From assembly GCA_010093705.1 (NCBI GenBank), contig MU006102.1, positions 500,123 to 563,227 on the forward strand: a DNA stretch of 63,105 nt, given 5' to 3'. This DNA comes from Patellaria atrata CBS 101060 (taxonomy: Eukaryota). The position numbers and the translations under genes were made by a program. The notes below the pieces were generated by a model that searched no databases, was not told the DNA's origin, and saw only the letters and a list, made by a program, of their open reading frames with translations. Below are positions 36,852-50,215 of the stretch, in pieces. Each line of letters begins with the position of its first letter. The first letter of the stretch is position 1.

Positions 36852-38098
36852 TCATAGCTTCGACTTCTTCCCACCTGATCCACCTGCATCAGTAACATCT
36901 TTACCAGATAGTAAGAACTCAGGATACTGCCATTGCGCTCCTGGTTGTGTTCCAGATACATGCCAAGCACCTCCATCAACTATCGAATTTGAGTCAGCAA
37001 TGTAATCATACTGAATCGGGTAGTGTAAGAGGCGTATCGATTAAGCTTCCAATGAAATAAAGACCTTATACTTGCCTACAAGTACTTCGCCATTGACGTA
37101 GCTTCCAGCATCGCTGAACAAATATACCGTCGCGTCGGCAATGTCTCTCACTGTTCCAACTCGCCCAAGAGGAATCCTAGGCGACTTCATCGGATCTGTC
37201 CCTTTCTTCGAAAGTCGAGCGAAACCTTCCGTCCCAGCGATGGCTCCGGGAGATATCACATTCGATGTGATACCAAATGGGCCTTGTTCGATGGCTACAG
37301 CAACAGATAGTGCATCTACACCCGCTTTCGCTGCGTTGACATGAGTCTGTAAAGCCTGGCCCATATAATGCATCGTCGCGCTTATAAAGATGATTCGACC
37401 TCCAGTTCCATTTGGGGAAGCTATAGCGTCGTTGTCAATGACGATGCTATAAGGGGGAAGTGGACCAGGTGTAACTCACGAGTCAATCCATCGGATTTAC
37501 ACTTTTCTGCAGATTTCAGCAAGTACGGGAGTGTTGCTTTCAGGGTGTTATATGATCCTATCACATCGATATCTATAACCGTTTTGAAAGCATTCGGCGA
37601 CAGTTGATTTATGCTTGCGAGGAAATTTCCTGCTGCACCTGCTCTGTTTCCGTCATTAGAAAGAGGTCTATTTAATAGGACCGTCTCCATATGCTCTCCT
37701 CAAGAGGATAGGAACTCACTTACATCACAAAATCTATTCCCCCAAGCTCTTTCACGCACTTCTCGGCCGCCTTCGCCAAATCCTCGTACTTTCTAACATC
37801 AACCTCTCCAATCCCTAGAACTTTCGCCCCAGCTCTTGCAGTCTCGAGGTCTTTTGCTGCTTGCTCCGTTTTCTCAACCTTGCGGCCCACTATACATGCA
37901 TTTGCGCCCAGATGAACGAACGCCCTCACCTGCATACTACAGATAGTGCCAGCGCCCCCGGTGCAGAAGATGACTTTGTTCGCTGGAAGCTGAAGTATTA
38001 ACCGAACTGTTCTTATTGCAGATATCGAGATCTAGTAACATACCGAATATTCCATCTTTCCAAACTTCACTAACGTATTCGTGCTTTGGGACGGGCAT
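36852..38098 (-). CDS. SPS19: Peroxisomal 2,4-dienoyl-CoA reductase (SDR family), 5 exons
   Basis: [18 protein letters not shown] start, [31 protein letters not shown]; last exon VDGGAWH...GKKSKL* ends in the PTS1 signal SKL. Confidence 0.93.
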
Positions 38099-38727
38099 CT
38101 TTGCGGATGTAGTACCTTACGGGTAGGTTCAGGTGCACATGAAGTCGATAGCAACGTCTAAGAGGTCTTTGCATATATCTTATCTTTACTACATTGCACG
38201 TTTATTATATATGATGCCCCTACGGCCGAAGCGACCTGATGTTATACCTATCGGCGCGGTCTGTCATGGGAACGGGATGACCTCGAAACGTCAAGCGCCG
38301 AAAACAACCTAGCCGAGGCTTCGTGATTACTTAACCCAAGCTCCCGTCCGAGGATGAGATGAGAAGGAGCCATCTATTTGACACAATTGAGAAGGAAACA
38401 AAGAATTAGACTCAGAATTCGATAGAAACATAAAATCATATTGATAAAAAACACTGACTTGACCATCAAGGACCCAATTGACCTTCTCATCACCAAAGTA
38501 CCCATATCCCCTCCAAGCGCCCAATCGTCTCAACTCCGCAAACACCCTCATCCTGATTGGTCACCCAACTATCCCAGCGCCGCTCAAAGCAAGCTTCGGA
38601 TCATCGCCGCAACAAAAGCTGGCATCACCGCATCGCAACCGTAAACCGCAACCTCACACAACATCTCGCACAAAGAGCCCATCCTACGCAACTCGATTAC
38701 GCACTCGAAGCTCCACAGGCGTCCAAG

Positions 38728-39402
38728 ATGCCCAAACCCGCCGTCACAGTCCTCAAGTTCGTAGGGACGGTGAGTCTGGGCCTATTAACCGTACGTACTC
38801 CCAACCTCATCCCCTCCACCCATCTCCCCATCTCTCCATCTCCCACCGAATGAATCCACCACACCTTCTACACAACCCAATCTGACACCACACAGGGCCT
38901 CACCTACACGCTCAGCACCACCCTCCCAGCTACCCTCCTCTCCCTCCCCACATCCCCCACCTGCCACACCGCCCTCTGCACCCTCCAACGCACCAGCTCC
39001 CTGCACCGCACAATCCTAACCTCCCTAACCCTCCTGACCCTCCCTCTTTCCTTCCTCCTCTCCCCCCGTCGGATTCGGCATCCGTATCTCCTCTGGGTCT
39101 CGCTCTTAACGGTTGCGGGGCACAATACCGGGACTTTGTACAACTTCTACAACAGCGTCACGGCTAAGGGATCTGGAGGCGGTGGATCTCGGGCGGTGAG
39201 TCCGAGTCAGGGGAGTGGCAGTGAGGATGGCAGGGGCGAGGGGAGTTATGTTGACGTGAGGGGTGTCGAGGAGGGCGATGTTAATGGGGAGGAAGTGAGG
39301 AGGGGTGTCGAGGAGATGAGGGTCGTGGAGGGGATTAGGACTGCGGTTATCGGTACCGGGTTTCTGTTGGGGGTTATTGGGATATGGGGGGATGCCTATT
39401 AA
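38728..39402 (+). CDS. ATG33: Atg33/Scm4-family mitochondrial outer membrane protein (2 exons)
   Basis: MPKPAVTVLKFVGTVSLGLLT, intron 38791-38895, GLTYTLS; RIRHPYLLW; VNGEEVR; C-terminal GVIGIWGD. Confidence 0.85.
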
Positions 39403-40189
39403 ATCCCTGATCGCTGTGACATGGTATGGGACTCGGGTGAAGAGGGGAGGATATGAGACATGGAAGGTGGTGATTATGGCGGTCTACTATTAGAGATAAG
39501 GTATCCTTTGTGTTAAAGAGATGGCGCACGCTGAGTGTTGGATGGGGGGTAGATGGAGGTTCCGGCATGGTGGTTATGGTCGAAGACTTTTGGATGTATT
39601 ATGGCAATAGAACGTGAAGGACGGGTCGAGTTGTTATCTCTATCATTACCATACTCAATTTCAAAGAAATTCTGCTCTCAACTCTCATTGCCTTTTGTCG
39701 CTGACTTCTTCCTACTGATAGATTTCATTGGCTTTGGGAAATAGGAAAGCAGAGTCTGCAGGTGTAGTATCATCTGCTGAATAAAGCGTCCAACCTGGGA
39801 AATTCACAAAAGCAGACTCTAGCACCGAAAAGCCCAAGTGGTAAGCTTTTGATTCATGCAAACATTAAGAACAGGCAAAAACACAACAATCGAGCTCCAA
39901 CAAAGGCGCCATTGAAGATACCAGAATCCCAACACCAGGCATCGTTCTCAACGTTCCGTGCGCCGGGTTAACGCTCGTGGCCAAAAGACAAGACAGGATC
40001 CGAGCAGAGGATATACCATCAAGTACATCGCGAGAATCATAGCCTGGGTCTGTCAACATCGAAGACAGTACCAACGGTGTAGTGATTTTGGAAGGAGGGG
40101 CACTATCAACATGTTAGATGATGCAGTATGCTGTTTCAAAAAGCAAGGGGACTTACTGATAATCAGGCCCTATTTTACCGTCGACAGGT

Positions 40190-41036
40190 CTAGTTGCCGT
40201 TGCCTCCATTCTCGTTCTCCAAGATATCAACCACCCATTGAGGCAATTGCTCATCATCGCTGTCTGTGTCGTCATCACTGCTAGTATAATCGTCCATATT
40301 CCCATGAGCAGATGTAGGTCCTGCGGGTTTGGCAGAAGCTGCTGAAACGGACCTTGAGAAGAGTGAGCAAGAGAAAAAGATGCTGGGTGGATGAAAACTC
40401 ACATTGAAGCTTTGGTTGCAGTAGCAGAACGAGCTACCATATCAATATCCGAATAATCGACATCAGAAGGGGCAAAAGACCGAACGGCAACAAAATCCTG
40501 AGTTGAGACGGATGTGATGACCTCCGTCGTTGGGTAAACACTCGTTCCCTCTGTGACGACAGTACGAAAAGTGGTACTCAACGTCTTGGGACAGGTGACC
40601 ATGAAGGATACTGCAGACACACCACGTCCCGTGCCAGGTACCTTGAGATTGGTCGGTTGGCAGGCACCACTTTCTTTGCTCAATTCCGGACCCTGGAACG
40701 ATACTCCTCCTTCGCAGTTTGAGGAACTCCAAACCTTGATATAGCACTTCTGACCGTGCTTGGGCTCATTTCCCTTGTGGAAGCGGGCCTGAAAGGCGTT
40801 GAAATCATGTTTGGCCCTGTGACAATGGCCTTCTTGGCGAGTTTCAGCATCTACCTCGATGGCGCTAACACAATCAGCATTGGCGAAGTATGCGATGTCA
40901 GCTTTGACGGAGTGGGCAGATGCAAGATTGATAAAAGGGGCCACAGAGGCAAGTAGCTATCAAATTAAACCAGTCAGCAGGAGCAGGACACATAAAGTAG
41001 GAAGAGAATATGACTAACCAACAAAGAGTTAACCAT
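40190..41036 (-). CDS. Small secreted Cys-containing protein with a Ser/Thr-rich and acidic tail (3 exons)
   Basis: Microexon MVNSLL, intron, hydrophobic signal region, ~110-aa domain with 6 Cys, Thr-rich linker, intron, acidic tail ending at 40190. Confidence 0.65.
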
Positions 41037-42571
41037 GATGCTTGATGAAGAGGTTCCGTAATAGTTGCGAAGTTGACCTATGTCTCAAGAGGACTAGGTT
41101 GGCTGTACTTGTGGTGAAAGGGCCAACTGAGTTTTCTACGGCGGTGCGAAGCTGATTGATACTGTGATATAGGTCAGCATGTTTGAATTGGAATGGTGGT
41201 CTGAATGGATGAGACTGACGAAAATGTTTGGATGAAAATGCTGATGGATGAATTGTAGAGAAGAAAAGAGAATGAGAGCAGACGGGAAGAAAGAAAGACT
41301 TTTATGAAGACGCCAAGTAAAAGAATTCGAGATGAGGAAGGAGAGAGCATCTTTCCATTGCTGCGTTGAGCCATATCGTTGTTTCCATTCTCGGTAATGT
41401 GTTGAGACCGCACCAACGTAAACCTAACTGCTGAGAAGGTGCGGCGAATGGCCGGCCTCATAGACATTAACATATATTGAGAAGGGGGTCTCTAATATGC
41501 TATGGATTCAGTATGCTGCTTTCTGCAGTCCAAAAATCAACAGCATTGATAGCATGTAAATGTTCAGTCATGGAATAAATCTTCTTCATTGGTAAGGTTC
41601 ACCTCAACGACGTGATATGGCCCTTCCGAATAGAGCTGAATCGAACCAAATATTGTATCAAGTCCTCCAGGCGACTCCTGGTATATTGGCAGTATGGAAG
41701 GAAGGGGAACACTCGACTGATGCAAGTGACATTACATAGTAAGATCAAGAGGAAGGCGATGATTAACATTGCTGCCTCAAATCAGAACGCTACGGCCTTG
41801 AATATTGAAACCTGAACTATAGCCTTAGTATTGCTTTACTTCTAGTGTGGTCTCTTCGAGAGTAACTCTTGATTAATTCACAGCTTCCAGAAGGTATGGT
41901 CGGGAGGAGCTTTTGATGGCGCTTACCATCATCCACCTCGCATTCTTTCCAGGGAGTCGCAGGTTTGAGTGTCGGTTCATAAGGTAGGGTGCTACATGAA
42001 GTCATATCTTTAGCGTTGATATAAGAACCAAATTGCATTATTGTCTCACATATTTGCCGGCCTTAAACTGGCTAGCAGACGTGCAACTGCATCTACGAGA
42101 AATATAAAGATCTCGCGAGGTGGGACTGACATAAAGCTCCATAACATGCGATCTTTCATGGACCGATGGGTGAATAGTAACCAAGGTAACGGACTCCATA
42201 GCATTGGATGCTGTATACCGAGTATCCCTTTCACTATCGTGATGCTTCTCACCTTCTACGCTTAGGTGGTGGTTACTCCAGAATTTTCAAACTACACTAT
42301 TTCGTTAGACCATAAAACGTCATAACTGCTGTTGATTAGTGATTCTTTGGAGAGATCGACCTAATTGATGGTGTGAACATCCCTTTACGCTGACATCTTG
42401 ACATCGGGGAGTCGAAACTGGCGTGACTGGTTAGGCGGAGTAGGAATGTTAATCAACGGATAAAAGATCCTGCGAACCCGCAACATTAGAAGTTGACCAC
42501 AATTTGCTTACTTTGACGGGAAGTTAGCATAGCTCCATGCCAGAGAGGAATTGGAAATTAATCATTCCAGT

Positions 42572-44094
42572 ATGGGTAGTCATGAAAATTCTCATGACGT
42601 GGAAAATAGTTTTGCAGCGTCCCAAGATCTCACTCGCGAGGAAAGTGTAGAACCAGGAACCACATCTGCATGCCAGTCATTAGCCGATCTTGAAACTCTC
42701 CTAAGAAACTACATTGAGAACGCATCTAATGGTTTAATACCAGAACTGGTATCATGTCACTTGGTGCTTGATGATGAAACGATTTTGGGTCCGGCTTTGG
42801 TCATACAACCAGCCAACAACGCCAACTCTACACCTGACGAAGAATCTGGATCCCCAGAAGCTCCAGCCACTGTCTCTCAGACTTTAGGTTACTTTGAGGA
42901 CTCGGATCAGAAATTAAAAGTCCAGCGTGCAGCTTCGAAGGCTATCTTGGGAGCAATTTCCGCCTCTGATGGGTTTGATTATGTAGCTCGAGGGTCGAGA
43001 ATGCAGAAGAAGAACGAGGGGAGACGGTATAGGTATATCTGTAAGAGCTCGGTTCAGAATAAAGGGAGACCTTCGATAAAGTCTGAGAAGTCAAAATTGA
43101 AGCCTGATGCCATCCAAGCAGGTATGTACTAGTGTATTTATTGTGTTCAAGACCTAACACTAGAAAGAGTCAATGAAAGCTACATATGAGTGTGAGGGAT
43201 ACATCAATATAACATTTTCGGACGCATCAATGTGTATTGAAGTTGATTACAACCACCTACCAATTCATCGGGATGTAGCTAGTAAAGAAGAATCTGAACC
43301 AGAACCAGTCGCGGAGCCAATCCCAGCTCCATTGTTGTAAGTATCTGAACCCATCAACTACGACTTATTGGAGTCGCTTATCATTCTATTAGGGATGACG
43401 CTTCCGCTGTTGGTATGGGCGTGCCTGAAACCAATGGGAAGGTCACAGGAAAAGGGGCAAAAGCAAAGACGACCCCTAGAAAACGTAAAAGGAAGTCCGA
43501 TACAAATGACACTAATGGTAATACTATGAACGGTATGACTTCAAATGGTCACGATTTAAATACCCTGGTTGAACTTCTGGATGCAGACATCAATGGCCCG
43601 CACATTCAATTTAATGATGTCGTCTCGGCTGGTCCGGTAACCAAAAAAAAGAAAACAGTCCAAACGGTTGCATCACCAAGGACGAAAGCGAAGGTAACAT
43701 CAAACACTAAAGCAACTTCTCCGGTCAATGTTAAGTCCAAATCCCAAGCTAAGAGTCCTCACAAAGTGGAATCATTACCCCAAGCAAGATCCAAGGGGAA
43801 ATCAAAGAGTACCCCTCAAATCAAAACAACTGTTCAGAGTAAATCGTCGAAATCAGCGCATACCCCGAACTCTGAATCTATAGGAAATACGAGACAGAAA
43901 ATAAGTTGCTTATCGTGTCGTGTTCGTAAGAACAAGGTTTGGTTACACCCCTTTCATATGTAATACAATCATTCTGACGGTTTATATAGTGTGATGAGAG
44001 TCGGCCAAGCTGTTCAGCATGCGATAAAAAGGAGGTAGCCTGTATCAATCCTTCAACAAAGCCAGCAACTCCGGCATCAAAATCCAAACGATGA
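42572..44094 (+). CDS. Putative transcription factor: FAR1/WRKY-GCM1-like domain plus C-terminal Zn(II)2Cys6 cluster (4 exons)
   Basis: Spliced C-terminus SCLSCRVRKNK|CDESRPSCSACDKKEVAC matches Zn2Cys6 spacing; NLS PRKRKRK; N-terminal half has RYRYIC...YECEGYINITF...IEVDYNHLPIH. Confidence 0.8.
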
Positions 44095-45289
44095 ACCCGG
44101 ATTCAAATCACCAAAGGCTGGATCTACCCGCGTTCTGTAGACGCGGATTCTTTTCACGTCCTTCCGTGGTTGGAAATGTGATAGTCAACGCAATACCTAG
44201 GGGATAAACAGCACTCCTCGATGCAAGCGAGAATCGAACAAGGAAACTGGAGTGGATCTTACATCTCAGATCCCAACGAATCGCTCCCACGTCCTTCCGG
44301 TAGCTCCATGTTTGTTTGATGAAGAAGATATTCTAACCTAACTGTCATGCCCTGCATGCTACTCTGCGGATTACAATTTCACCTTGAAGGTAATACTTCC
44401 AGCACGTCTCCCACTAATATTCATGATGGACAATAGCTAATTGTTCCTCTACATGTAGTACGATTCCATAACTCTAAAGTGAGTAAGAAACAAGACAATG
44501 TCACATATCAGTAAAGATCTCTGGTCAACGAGACTCAAATCCCTGAGCTGCCTTCTATATCACGCAGTATGAAGGGAGGAAATTGTCTAAACTGTGCATG
44601 GGAACGATGAGCATGATGTCAGGAGTACAGCCTTTCAAGCGAAACCGTCTCCAATTGGGCCTTGTCGGTCTTCAGTGAATGTGGAGTACCTCGTTCCTCG
44701 GTTGCAGAGGGGTTTGTTCGTCAAAGCAGGCCATCAAAGAGCAATATCTCGATGCTTTGCGTTAGCATCCTCCTTGTCTGTAGAACTATCTGGGCTCAAT
44801 TAAAGTCCATGAAGGTCCCTTTACGTAGATCGTGTTTTTGTACAAGTGATTTTTAGTTGATGCTCTCTACTACAATCTACCCTCTTTTAATACATGAACG
44901 GAGAAACAAATCTTGCGATTCTGTATAACTCTCTCGTCCCACCCAACTGTCCTTTAAGGTATTATTTTACAATCTGGATTGAACTATGCTTAGATAAGCT
45001 ATAGAACTAGTGGCGTTCTTCGATCGTCATCAGGGAAGATAAGGTAATTGCTGAACACAACCAATTATAAGCTAGTATGTCCGTCACATATTCAGTTTTA
45101 ATTCAACGACTTTTGAAAAGGGGAAATGCGGGTTGGAAATATTCTGAAAAGCTAATACCTGGAATGCGACCGTTCATTACCAAATCATAGGGACAAAAAT
45201 TACATCAGCTTCTTAACTTTTCAAAAACATGCCTACCTTCTGCTACACACCCTCCTAACCTCCTTCTCTCGCGAACTTCCGCTGGCAGG

Positions 45290-47214
45290 ATGCTCATCTC
45301 CCGCCGACTCGGCTCCATCCTCTTCATTCTCGTCCTCCTCTCCCTCTTACTCTTAGCTTTTGACCGCATACGCCAGCCCGCCCGCTTCGACCCTAATAAC
45401 AACCATGTGCCTACATGGACTCGCGGAAAGCGCATTGCGTGTAGAGGGCCTCGAGGACGGTTTCTAGATAAGAGTCGCGATGACCGGTTATGGGAGGAGA
45501 TACTTGATATACGTACGTTCTACGATGCTGTTATACTACAAGTGCATCGACCGTGGGGTGACTGAAAGAAGTGCTAACGGATGGATATATAGCGTACCCA
45601 GAACCAGCAGCTGGCTCACATGAAGCGCTGAAACTTAGGAAAACATGGATGACGGCTGACGGACGGTATGGCGCATATGGCTATAACGAGGGGAAAGAGA
45701 GCTATAGCCGCAAAAGAGTGAATTGGGAAAAGGTTGAATGGGCTAAGCTGCAAAATGAGTGTTTGCAGCGGAATAGACATCGGTTCTTTGACGTTGCACC
45801 CGTTAGCAGTGATAGGAGGTTCGAGCTGAGACCCTCAATGTGGAAGGAGAAGATTCCGTTACTGAAACAGCCGGCGGAGAGACCGAGAGTTACCGGTAGG
45901 ACGGCCGTGGTGTTGAGGGGCTGGGACAGCTTCGACTTTACGGAGGAGGATTATATCAATCTCAGGAGTATGATTGTCGAGGCAGCATTGGTCTCAGGAG
46001 GGGAGTACTCAGTATATCTTCTCGTACACGTGAGGAACAAATCGAGGGATATTTTTGCGAATGATGTCAATTACGATGAGGCGTTGCAAGACATTGTACC
46101 TGCCGAATTGAGAGACATTGCGGTATTATTCGACGACAGATTGCTGGAGAGTTGGTATCCTGACGTCGAGAGTCACCAGTAAGTCCCTCAACACCAATTC
46201 TCCCCTTTTCATCCCTTACCTGAAGAGTAGCTTACAAATCTCCTTCGTAGCCCCAACCTTCAAATCTACCAAGCCCTCCAACTCTTCTCCCACTTCTACC
46301 CCGAATACGACCACGTCTGGAACCTCGAACTCGACACGCGCTTCACCGGTCACTTTGGGCACTACCTCGACGCCCTCTCCAACTTCGCCGCCTCCGAACC
46401 CCGTAAACAAGCTAAAGAGCGCGCAAGCTTCTTCTTAATTCCGCCCATCCACGGGACCTACGCCGACCTAACCCGCAGCATCAACACCTCCCTCTCCGGC
46501 GGCGGCCAATGGGGGCCCCTCCTTATCCCCGACATCCCGCACCCACTCGGTCCTGAACCTCCCGTCCCCACCCCCGAAGAAGACGACTTCGTCTGGGGCG
46601 TAGGCGACCCCGCCGACCTCATCGCCATGAACGCCTGTGCAAACGTCACCAGAACCGAAGACTGGGTATACCGAGACTGGGTCTTCCGCTTCCGCAACGG
46701 CCTCGCCACCCCCCGCATGTTCTGTCCCCCCGCCATGTCGCGCTCCTCGCGGCTGCTGCTCTCCGCCGTCCACGACGCCCAGGCCCGGCTGGGTCTGAGC
46801 GTCCCCAGCGAAGCGACACTCCCCAGCTTCGCCCTCTGGCACGGTCTCAAGCTCTCGTTTCCCCCGTATCCGTGGTACCAGTCCCCGGCTTCCTCGCCGG
46901 CGGATCTCAATAACCTGTTCAATGGTGGGCTGCCGGGAAGTATTGCGAATGCATCTGAGGGCATGGCGTACGGAGAGGGCATGTATAATGCGCGACCGCA
47001 CTATAAGCAGACGAATACCGCGACGTGGTGGTGGAGTAGTCCGTTTCCGCAGCGCATTATAGATGCGTGGTGGGGAAAGGGGAAGTGGGAAGATGTGCGG
47101 GATGGGGATGGGAGGGAGTTGCCGAGTGTGCTTAGATGGCATGTGGGGAGGGTGTGGGCGCCGAATTTGGCGTTGCATCCGGTTAAGACTAATAGGGCGC
47201 CGACGAATAGTTAG
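45290..47214 (+). CDS. DUF3405-family type II membrane protein (3 exons)
   Basis: N-terminal TM helix; motifs RYGAYG, GRTAVVLRGW, NLRSMIVEAALVSGGEYSVYLLVHV, WNLELDTRFTGH, SEATLPSFALWHGLK and LHPVK. Confidence 0.85.
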
Positions 47215-47586
47215 GGGGAAGGGGAGTCTTGCATTGTGGGCGTTTTTATGGAGTCTGGGGAAGGGGAGTTTGGAGGGAGTATTTTATCCCGGTGTTGCGT
47301 GTTCAGACTATATGGAGACGTCGGAGGGAAATCATTGAATCTGCGCGTACAGTTGTATACCTGAAGTAATGGTTATATGGGTTGTCTATCCCTCAATTTC
47401 ACGCAAAAGACACGTGGGACATGGATGCGATGGAGCGTACAGTACATATAGTCTTCTCGTTTCATACAAGAGTTCCAGATATTTCTGGCCTGCTTCATTT
47501 GAAAAGGTATCATTAAATTCCAACTCCTTCGAGCGCGGGCGCATGCTGGTATGACAAGATGGGTTGAAGGTATAACTAAAGACAAG

Positions 47587-48536
47587 CTACAGGATGAAGG
47601 GGATCCAAACCCTCGTTTGCTTCTTATAGTCGACGTACTCCTGGCCGAAGAACTGGATGAGATATCTTTCTTCATCTATACGGTAGTTAGCACGCCATTC
47701 AACCCATCAACCGACTCCACACTCCGCGGGTGAGAACGGGAAGACATACGTCTAATCCTCTTATTGAAGAAACTCCACAGGACGACCAGATTCATGATCA
47801 AGCACACCGTGTTCCCAAGCACAATCTGCATCCCGACTCCCAACCAAAAGAACCCAAAATAGCTCGGGTGCCTACACCACGCGTACACGCCGCCGGTAAC
47901 GAGGACGTGGCCTTCGCTCCGACGCGTTTGAATCGTGTGGTTGAAATTCGTACCCGCCTGCGCCATCGCTAGACTCCTCGTCCCCTGTCCCAGTGCCCAC
48001 AATCCCGCTCCGAGGGCTGTGAGCCACGATCGCGTTAACACTCTATGCGCAGAGGGGAACCAGATCGACGTGACGAGGATCTCAAGGAAGGCGGCTACGT
48101 GCGCGGCCTCGTACGCGCGTCCGTTGGTGGTGAGAAGGAAGGAGGACACGGTCGCGGCGCGCGTGTTGTATGCGGCTGTGGTCCAGAATTCGAGGAAGTG
48201 GAAGAGGGAGAGGAAGGCGAGGAGGAGGGGGGCGCGCCAGAGGGGGTTGGGAGAGAGGAGGAGGAGGATTAGAGTTAGGGAGATTGAGAGACCGAGGGAG
48301 ATTCCGAGGCTGAACGCTCGGAGGGAGATTCCGGCGAGGGACCGCTGGCCGTTGTGCAGGAGCTCTCGTGAGATTGTGGGAGCAGTAGGGAGGCGTATAG
48401 GGGAGGAACGGCGAGGAGGGACGGTAGTTTCGGGGGAAGTGTGAGAGAAGGGACGGTTCAAAGGCCATGAGATGGTGGGTCTGGTGTTGTCGGGGGAGGA
48501 GGCGCCATTCGGCTTGTCGTGTGGTGGTCTTACCAT
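47587..48536 (-). CDS. STE14: Protein-S-isoprenylcysteine O-methyltransferase (2 exons)
   Basis: FHFLEFW, AGTNFNHTIQ, LVTGGVYAWCRHPSYFGFFW; last exon EERYLIQFFGQEYVDYKKQTRVWIPFIL*. Confidence 0.95.
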
Positions 48537-49051
48537 ATTGATATGATCAAGCGGTTGTCTAAGAAACGTTCTGAAAAGAGTGCGCGTTTAAAAGCGAGTG
48601 AAATAGAATGAGCGACATGGAGAGAGCTTAGAGAGCATCCAGAGAGACAAAGGACGATGTGTGATATTGTTTGGCTTGTGAAACTGCTAAAACAGATGCT
48701 CTGATGACGTTTTGGTAACATGCCGAGGATTTTGCGAAGATAACGATAAGAGACTCGACCGTTTTCATGTGAAGCTCCAAATCTCCGCCATCTGAATGAT
48801 ATTTCGAAATTTCATGGTGTTTAGTTGGAAGGAATCTAAGAAGCACCATTGCAATGATAGACTTCCGTATATAGAATTACATCCGTAGCTCAATGCTAGC
48901 TCTTAGGTATCTCTTATACCTTGCGCGTCATCATAGCCCCTCGAGAAGTCGAGCCGTCCCTAGTCCCTTGGCTTGTCATCCCGCGTGTTTGCTATATATC
49001 CCCTTCATCCCATATACAAATTCCCTCTATATAACCCTCCTGATCCCAATC

Positions 49052-49853
49052 ATGGAGAATATGTCAGAAAACAAACAAAAGATGCTCCGCGGCGATCTCT
49101 ACCACGCCTTCACCCCCGAACTAATCGCCGCCCGCGCCCGCTGCTCTCACGCCGCCGACCGCTTCAATAAAGCTGGTGAGGTATCTCGTCGACGTATGGT
49201 AGAGTTATGGAGGGAGTAAGTACGTGTTCCCCTCCATTATACTCCCCAATTGCACCAGTCCTCTATCCCAACCCACCATATCCCCTATCCTATCCTTAAC
49301 TAACAAATTCGCCAGCGTTATCGACGACAAAACTCCCCTCCCCCCACCAGCGGTAACAGAAGCCGAAGACGACGCCCTCTTCGAAACCGAACCCTGGATC
49401 CAACCCCCGATCCAAATCGACTACGGCACCAACGTCCGTGTCGGCCCCGGCGTCTTCCTCAACTTCAACACCACCATCCTAGACACCTGTCTCGTGTCCA
49501 TTGGCGCACGCACGCTCGTCGGGCCAAACGTCAGTTTCTTCTCCGGCACGCATCCGCTCGATCCCGAGCTCAGGAATGGGACTAAAGGGCCTGAGTTGGG
49601 TAAGGAAATCCATATCGGTGAGGACTGTTGGATTGGAGGGAACGTGATTATTTTGCCTGGTGTGAGGCTCGGGAGAGGCGTCGTGGTGGGCGCTGGGAGC
49701 GTGGTGACGAAGAGTGTGGAGGATCTTTGTGTTGTCGCGGGGAATCCGGCGAGGGTTATTAGGAGGATTGAGGCCGGGAAGGAGAAGGAGAAGTATGAGG
49801 GCGCAGAGGTGGCTATGAAAGAGGACGCGGAGAAAACGGGCAGAGAGACATAG
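49052..49853 (+). CDS. Maltose/galactoside O-acetyltransferase (hexapeptide-repeat, Mac domain), 2 exons
   Basis: NKQKMLRGDLYHAFTPELIAAR; DYGTNVRVG, HPLDPELR, IGEDCWIGGNVIILPGV, GAGSVVTK and VAGNPARVIR. Confidence 0.93.
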
Positions 49854-50215
49854 GATTTGGAGGAGGTGTATCCAAAGGTTTTTGGCTCAACGGTCGTAAG
49901 GAAAAAGAAATTGTAGAGGTCTGGTAAAAGGTTTTCTAGCTGGAGAATATTGAACAGTTTCTCAATCCTCGTGTGCACTCCTTTCCTGATTCTGCTTTAC
50001 TCTACTCAGTTGACACTCAAGCTCGGTACATCAAAACTGCAAGCTCCATACCCATTCTAACGTACGTATAGAGCAGACCTTGTACAGCCTATCCGTTCTG
50101 TCCAATCCGACACAGTACACACAGCGAGCCAACAAAGTCCGATCTCCTTTTACAAATCAAATACACTATCCAGCAACCTCACACACAACTCGAATTGAAA
50201 CATACAAGTTACAAC

